Source: Eledone cirrhosa (lineage: Eukaryota). From it: a stretch of 64,000 bases of DNA. This document shows, in pieces, positions 56,943-64,000 of the stretch. The stretch's first letter is position 1. Each line of letters starts with the position of its first letter. Both the position numbers and the translations under genes were made by a program. The notes under the pieces were generated by a model. That model saw only the letters and a program-made list of their open reading frames with translations. It was not told where the DNA came from and did no database searches. The stretch lies in the NCBI GenBank assembly GCA_964016885.1, contig OZ024741.1:353958001-354022000 (forward strand). Reading direction: 5' to 3'.

Positions 56943-57199
56943 TATATATATATATATATAGTTATGTAATAAACAACATAAGGCAATTATTTCATTTAAC
57001 AGTGGTTTCTTAAAAACAAAAAAATTTGCTTTCAATCATCAGAATGAAAAAATCCTGGCGTATTTATTGACGTTGGATTTTAAAAACAAAAATGCAATCT
57101 ATATGAAAGTGAGGCTGGAGAAGGAAGAAGGAAAGGAAAAATAAAATAAAAACACATGCAAACACACACACACACACACAATTATATACATACACACAC

Positions 57200-57250
<51 letters not shown>

Positions 57251-57392
57251 CACACATACATACACACACACATATATACACACACACACACACATATATA
57301 TGTGTATATATATACATACACATACATATACACATACATACATACACACATAAATATCAACATATCCATACATACACATACATATATACAAC

Positions 57393-57438
<46 letters not shown>

Positions 57439-57697
57439 TACACATACACATACATAACCATACACACATACATATACTCTATATATATATATATATTTTT
57501 TTTATTTTTTTTTTTTTAAATAGAGGTGTGACATACGAGTTGTGATATATTAGTAAAAAGGAGCATATGTATATATATATACTGAACCAATACCAACGTT
57601 CATTTTAAGATGGCCGAGTTAACGAACTGCGAGGGTATATTTAGATTCTCCCAGTGAAACACGTGTATTCGGAAAATGTACTGTTGAGGTAATAAAA

Positions 57698-57838
<141 letters not shown>

Positions 57839-58174
57839 TATGAAATACAATATAATATATGCAAAAGTTTATTTCATATCTCTTAGAATAATCCAAATGT
57901 CAAAAAACGCACGGAATTATGGAAGTGTAGTTTGTTTCAGCCATGTATGTATATATATGTATATACATGTATGTATAAGTATATATGCGTGTGTGTGAAT
58001 GTGTGTGTGAATGTGTGTGTATGTGTGTTTGCGTGTATGTGTGTGTGTGTATCCAAGGTTGAAACAGACTAAAGTATTACAGGAACCCTTCCATGATTTC
58101 ATGATCTTTTAACATTTGTATTATTCTTAGAGATGTGTTTGTTGCATATATCATATTGCATATGTCATATCTAC

Positions 58175-61100
58175 TATTGTTATCTGTAAATATACTGTTG
58201 TTATCTGTAAATATATTGTTGTTATCTGTAAATATATTGTTGTTATCTGTAAATATATTGTTGTTATCTGTAAATATATTGTTGTTATCTGTAAATATAT
58301 TGTTGTTATCTGTAAATATATTGTTGTTATCTCTAAATATATTGTTGTTATCTGTAAATATATTGTTGTTTTCTGTAAATATATTGTTGTTATCTGTAAA
58401 TATATTGTTGTTATCTGTAAATATACTGTTGTTATCTGTAAATATATTGTTGTTATCTGTAAATATATTGTTGTTATCTCTAAATATATTGTTGTTATCT
58501 GTAAATATATTGTTGTTTTCTGTAAATATACTGTTGTTATCTGTAAATATATTGTTGTTATCTGTAAATATACTGTTGTTATCTGTAAATATACTGTTGT
58601 TATCTCTAAATATACTGTTGTTATCTGTAAATATATTGTTGTTATCTCTAAATATACTGATGTTATCTGTAAATATACTGTTGTTATCTGTAAATATATT
58701 GTTGTTATCTGTAAATATATTGTTGTTATCTCTAAATGTACTGTTGTTATCTGTAAATATATTGTTCTTATCTGTAAATATACTGTTGTTATCTGTAAAT
58801 ATATTGTTCTTATCTGTAAATATACTGTTGTTATCTGTAAATATACTGTTGTTATCTCTAAATATACTGTTGTTATCTGTAAATATATTGTTGTTATCTC
58901 TAAATATACTGATGTTATCTGTAAATATACTGTTGTTATCTGTAAATATATTGTTGTTATCTGTAAATATATTGTTGTTATCTCTAAATGTACTGTTGTT
59001 ATCTGTAAATATATTGTTCTTATCTGTAAATATACTGTTGTTATCTGTAAATATACTGTTGTTATCTGTAAATGTATTGTTGTTATCTGTAAATATATTG
59101 TTGTTATCTCTAAATATACTGTTGTTATCTGTAAATATATTGTTGTTGTCTCTAAATATATTGTTGTTATCTCTAAATATACTGTTGTTATCTGTAAATG
59201 TATTGTTGTTATCTGTAAATATAGTGTTGTTATCTGTAAATATATTGTTGTTATCTGTAAATATATTGTTGTTATCTCTAAATATACTGTTGTTATCTGT
59301 AAGTATATTGTTGTTATCTGTAAATATACTGTTGTTATCTGTAAATATATTGTTGTTATCTCTAAATATATTGTCGTTATCTCTAAATATACTGTTGTTA
59401 TCTGTAAATATACTGTTGTTATCTGTAAATATATTGTTGTTATCTGTAAATATATTGTTGTTATCTGTAAATATATTGTTGTTAACTGTAAATATATTGT
59501 TGTTATCTGTAAATATACTGTTGTTGTCTGTAAATATATTGTTGTTATCTGTAAATATACTGTTGTTATCTGTAAATATATTGTTGTTATCTGTAAATAT
59601 ACTGTTGTTATCTGTAAATATATTGTTGTTATCTGTAAATATGCTGTTGTTATCTGTAAATATATTGTTGTTATCTGTAAATATACTGTTGTTATCTGTA
59701 AATATATTGTTGTTATCTGTAAATATACTGTTGTTATCTGTAAATATACTGTTGTTATCTGTAAATATACTGTTATCTGTAAATATATTGTTGTTATCTG
59801 TAAATATACTGTTGTTATCTGTAAATATACTGTTGTTATCTGTAAATATACTGTTGTTATCTGTAAATATACTGTTGTTATCTGTAAATATACTGTTGTT
59901 ATCTGTAAATATATTGTTGTTATCTGTAAATATACTGTTGTTATCTGTAAATATATTGTTGTTATCTGTAAATATACTGTTGTTATCTGTAAATATACTG
60001 TTGTTATCTGTAAATATACTGTTGTTATCTGTAAATATATTGTTGTTATCTGTAAATATACTGTTGTTATCTCTAAATATACTGTTGTTATCTGTAAATA
60101 TACTGTTGTTATCTGTAAATATATTGTTGTTATCTGTAAATATACTGTTGTTATCTCTAAATATATTGTTGTTATCTGTAAATATACTGTTGTTATCTGT
60201 AAATATACTGTTGTTATCTGTAAATATACTGTTGTTATCTGTAAATATATTGTTGTTATCTGTAAATATACTGTTGTTATCTGTAAATATACTGTTGTTA
60301 TCTGTAAATATACTGTTGTTATCTGTAAATATATTGTTGTTATCTGTAAATATACTGTTGTTATCTGTAAATATATTGTTGTTATCTGTAAATATATTGT
60401 TGTTATCTCTAAATATACTGTTGTTTTCTGTAAATATATTGTTGTTATCTGTAAATATACTGCTGTTATCTGTAAATATACTGTTGTTATCTGTAAATAT
60501 ACTGTTGTTATCTGTAAATATACTGTTGTTATCTGTAAATATATTGTTGTTATCTGTAAATATACTGTTGTTATCTGTAAATATATTGTTGTTATCTGTA
60601 AATATACTGTTGTTATCTCTAAATATACTGTTGTTATCTGTAAATATACTGTTGTTATCTCTAAATATACTGTTGTTATCTGTAAATATACTGTTGTTAT
60701 CTGTAAATATATTGTTCTTATCTGTAAATATACTGTTGTTATCTGTAAATATATTGTTGTTATCTCTAAATATACTGTTGTTATCTGTAAATATATTGTT
60801 GTTATCTGTAAATATACTGTTGTTATCTGTAAATATACTGTTGTTATCTGTAAATATACTGTTGTTATCTGTAAATATATTGTTGTTATCTGTAAATATA
60901 CTGTTGTTATCTGTAAATATATTGTTGTTATCTGTAAATATACTGTTGTTATCTCTAAATATACTGTTGTTATCTGTAAATATACTGTTCTTATCTCTAA
61001 ATATACTGTTGTTATCTGTAAATATACTGTTGTTATCTGTAAATATATTGTTCTTATCTGTAAATATACTGTTGTTATCTGTAAATATATTGTTGTTATC

Positions 61101-64000
61101 TCTAAATATACTGTTGTTATCTGTAAATATATTGTTGTTATCTGTAAATATACTGTTGTTATCTGTAAATATATTGTTGTTATCTGTAAATATATTGTTG
61201 TTATCTGTAAATATACTGTTGTTATCTGTAAATATATTGTTGTTATCTGTAAATATATTATTGTTATCTGTAAATATATTGTTGTTATCTCTAAATATAC
61301 TGTTGTTATCTGTAAATATATTGTTGTTATCTGTAAATATACTGTTGTTATCTGTAAATATATTGTTGTTATCTGTAAATATATTGTTGTTATCTGTAAA
61401 TATACTGTTGTTATCTGTAAATATATTGTTGTTATCTGTAAATATATTGTTGTTATCTGTAAATATACTGTTGTTATCTCTAAATATACTGTTGTTATCT
61501 GTAAATATACTGTTGTTATCTGTAAATATACTGTTGTTATCTGTAAATATATTGTTCTTATCTGTAAATATACTGTTGTTATCTGTAAATATATTGTTGT
61601 TATCTCTAAATATACTGTTGTTATCTGTAAATATATTGTTGTTATCTGTAAATATACTGTTGTTATCTGTAAATATACTGTTGTTATCTGTAAATATACT
61701 GTTGTTATCTGTAAATATATTGTTGTTATCTGTAAATATACTGTTGTTATCTGTAAATATATTGTTGTTATCTGTAAATATACTGTTGTTATCTCTAAAT
61801 ATACTGTTGTTATCTGTAAATATACTGTTGTTATCTCTAAATATACTGTTGTTATCTGTAAATATACTGTTGTTATCTGTAAATATATTGTTCTTATCTG
61901 TAAATATACTGTTGTTATCTGTAAATATATTGTTGTTATCTCTAAATATACTGTTGTTATCTGTAAATATATTGTTGTTATCTGTAAATATACTGTTGTT
62001 ATCTGTAAATATATTGTTGTTATCTGTAAATATATTGTTGTTATCTGTAAATATACTGTTGTTATCTGTAAATATATTGTTGTTATCTGTAAATATATTG
62101 TTGTTATCTCTAAATATATTGTTGTTATCTGTAAATATACTGTTGTTATCTGTAAATATATTGTTGTTATCTCTAAATATATTGTTGTTATCTGTAAATA
62201 TACTGTTGTTATCTGTAAATATATTGTTGTTATCTGTAAATATATTGTTGTTATCTGTAAATATATTGTTGTTATCTCTAAATATACTGTTGTTATCTGT
62301 AAATATATTGTTGTTATCTGTAAATATACTGTTGTTATCTGTAAATATATTGTTGTTATCTGTAAATATATTGTTGTTATCTGTAAATATACTGTTGTTA
62401 TCTGTAAATATATTGTTGTTATCTGTAAATATATTGTTGTTATCTCTAAATATATTGTTGTTATCTGTAAATATACTGTTGTTATCTGTAAATATATTGT
62501 TGTTATCTCTAAATATATTGTTGTTATCTGTAAATATACTGTTGTTATCTGTAAATATATTGTTGTTATCTGTAAATATATTGTTGTTATCTGTACATAT
62601 ACTGTTGTTATCTGTAAATATATTGTTGTTATCTGTAAATATATTGTTGTTATCTCTAAATATATTGTTGTTATCTGTAAATATACTGTTGTTATCTGTA
62701 AATATATTGTTGTTATCTCTAAATATATTGTTGTTATCTGTAAATATACTGTTGTTATCTGTACATATACTGTTGTTATCTGTAAATATATTGTTGTTAT
62801 CTGTAAATATATTGTTGTTATCTGTAAATATACTGTTGTTATCTGTAAATATACTGTTGTTATCTGTAAATATACTGTTGTTATCTGTAAATATATTGTT
62901 GTTATCTCTAAATATACTGTTGTTATCTGTAAATATACTGTTGTTATCTGTAAATATATTGTTGTTATCTGTAAATATACTGTTGTTATCTGTAAATATA
63001 CTGTTGTTATCTGTAAATATACTGTTGTTATCTGTAAATATACTGTTGTTATCTGTAAATATATTGTTGTTATCTGTAAATATACTGTTGTTATCTGTAA
63101 ATATATTGTTGTTATCTGTAAATATACTGTTGATATCTGTAAATATACTGTTGTTATCTGTAAATATATTGTTGTTATCTGTAAATATATTGTTGTTATC
63201 TGTAAATATATTGTTGTTATCTGTAAATATATTGTTGTTATCTGTAAATATACTGTTGTTATCTGTAAATATACTGTTGTTATCTGTAAATATATTGTTT
63301 GATATCTGTAAATATATTGTTGTTATCTGTAAATATATTGTTGTTATCTGTAAATATATTGTTGTTATCTGTAAATATATTGTTGTTATCTGTAAATATA
63401 CTGTTGTTATCTGTAAATATATTGTTGTTATCTCTAAATATACTGTTGTTATCTGTAAATATACTGTTGTTATCTGTAAATATACTGTTGTTATCTGTAA
63501 ATATATTGTTATTATCTGTAAATATACTGTTGTTATCTGTAAATATATTGTTGTTATCTGTAAATATACTGTTATTATCTATAAATATACTGTTGTTATC
63601 TGTAAATATACTGTTGTTATCTGTAAATATATTGTTGTTATCTGTAAATATACTGTTGTTATCTGTAAATATATTGTTGTTATCTGTAAATATAGTGTTG
63701 TTATCTATAAATATACTGTTGTTATCTGTAAATAGACTGTTGTTATCTGTAAATATACTGTTGTTATCTGTAAATATATTGTTGTTATCTGTAAATATAC
63801 TGTTGTTATCTGTAAATATATTGTTGTTATCTGTAAATATACTGTTGTTATCTGTAAATATACTGTTGTTATCTGTAAATATACTGTTGTTATCTGTAAA
63901 TATACTGTTGTTATCTGTAAATATATTGTTGTTATCTGTAAATATACTGTTGTTTTCTGTAAATATATTGTTGTTATCTGTAAATATACTGTTGTTATCT
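58175..64000. repeat. 21-bp tandem satellite, consensus TTGTTATCTGTAAATATA(C/T)TG, ~277 units, runs off the window
   Basis: Directly visible 21-bp period with point variants. Confidence 0.98.

Noticed and set aside
58135-63735. 1866-aa ORF of LLLSVNI heptads
   Set aside because: An automatic consequence of a stop-free 21-bp satellite; no non-repetitive domain, and the frame changes at a +1 indel near 63300
58175-64000. CRISPR-like regular array
   Set aside because: No unique spacers, no cas genes, eukaryotic context

Overview
AT-rich, microsatellite-dense animal genomic DNA. The SINE content resembles that of octopus or other coleoid cephalopods (inferred, not verified). I found no host protein-coding exon I can support, and nearly all ORFs in the track are microsatellite or satellite artefacts. 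The window is a layered graveyard of mobile elements: two tRNA-derived SINE groups; Tx1/L1, RTE, CR1-like and CRE-like LINE remnants; a Helitron Rep-helicase fragment; non-autonomous Helitrons, including a head-to-tail array; two clear Penelope-like (PLE) GIY-YIG 3' ends; and a 5.8-kb 21-bp satellite with higher-order structure. The most striking signal is a dense set of fold-back (inverted-arm) insertions sitting in (TA)n tracts. Many carry type I hammerhead ribozymes with short palindromic stem III, in at least 8 dissimilar sequence contexts, including U3-A8 and U4C core variants. One is a tandem ~325-nt hammerhead unit (retrozyme/circRNA candidate) that is hidden because a 1449-bp Helitron inserted cleanly at its monomer junction.
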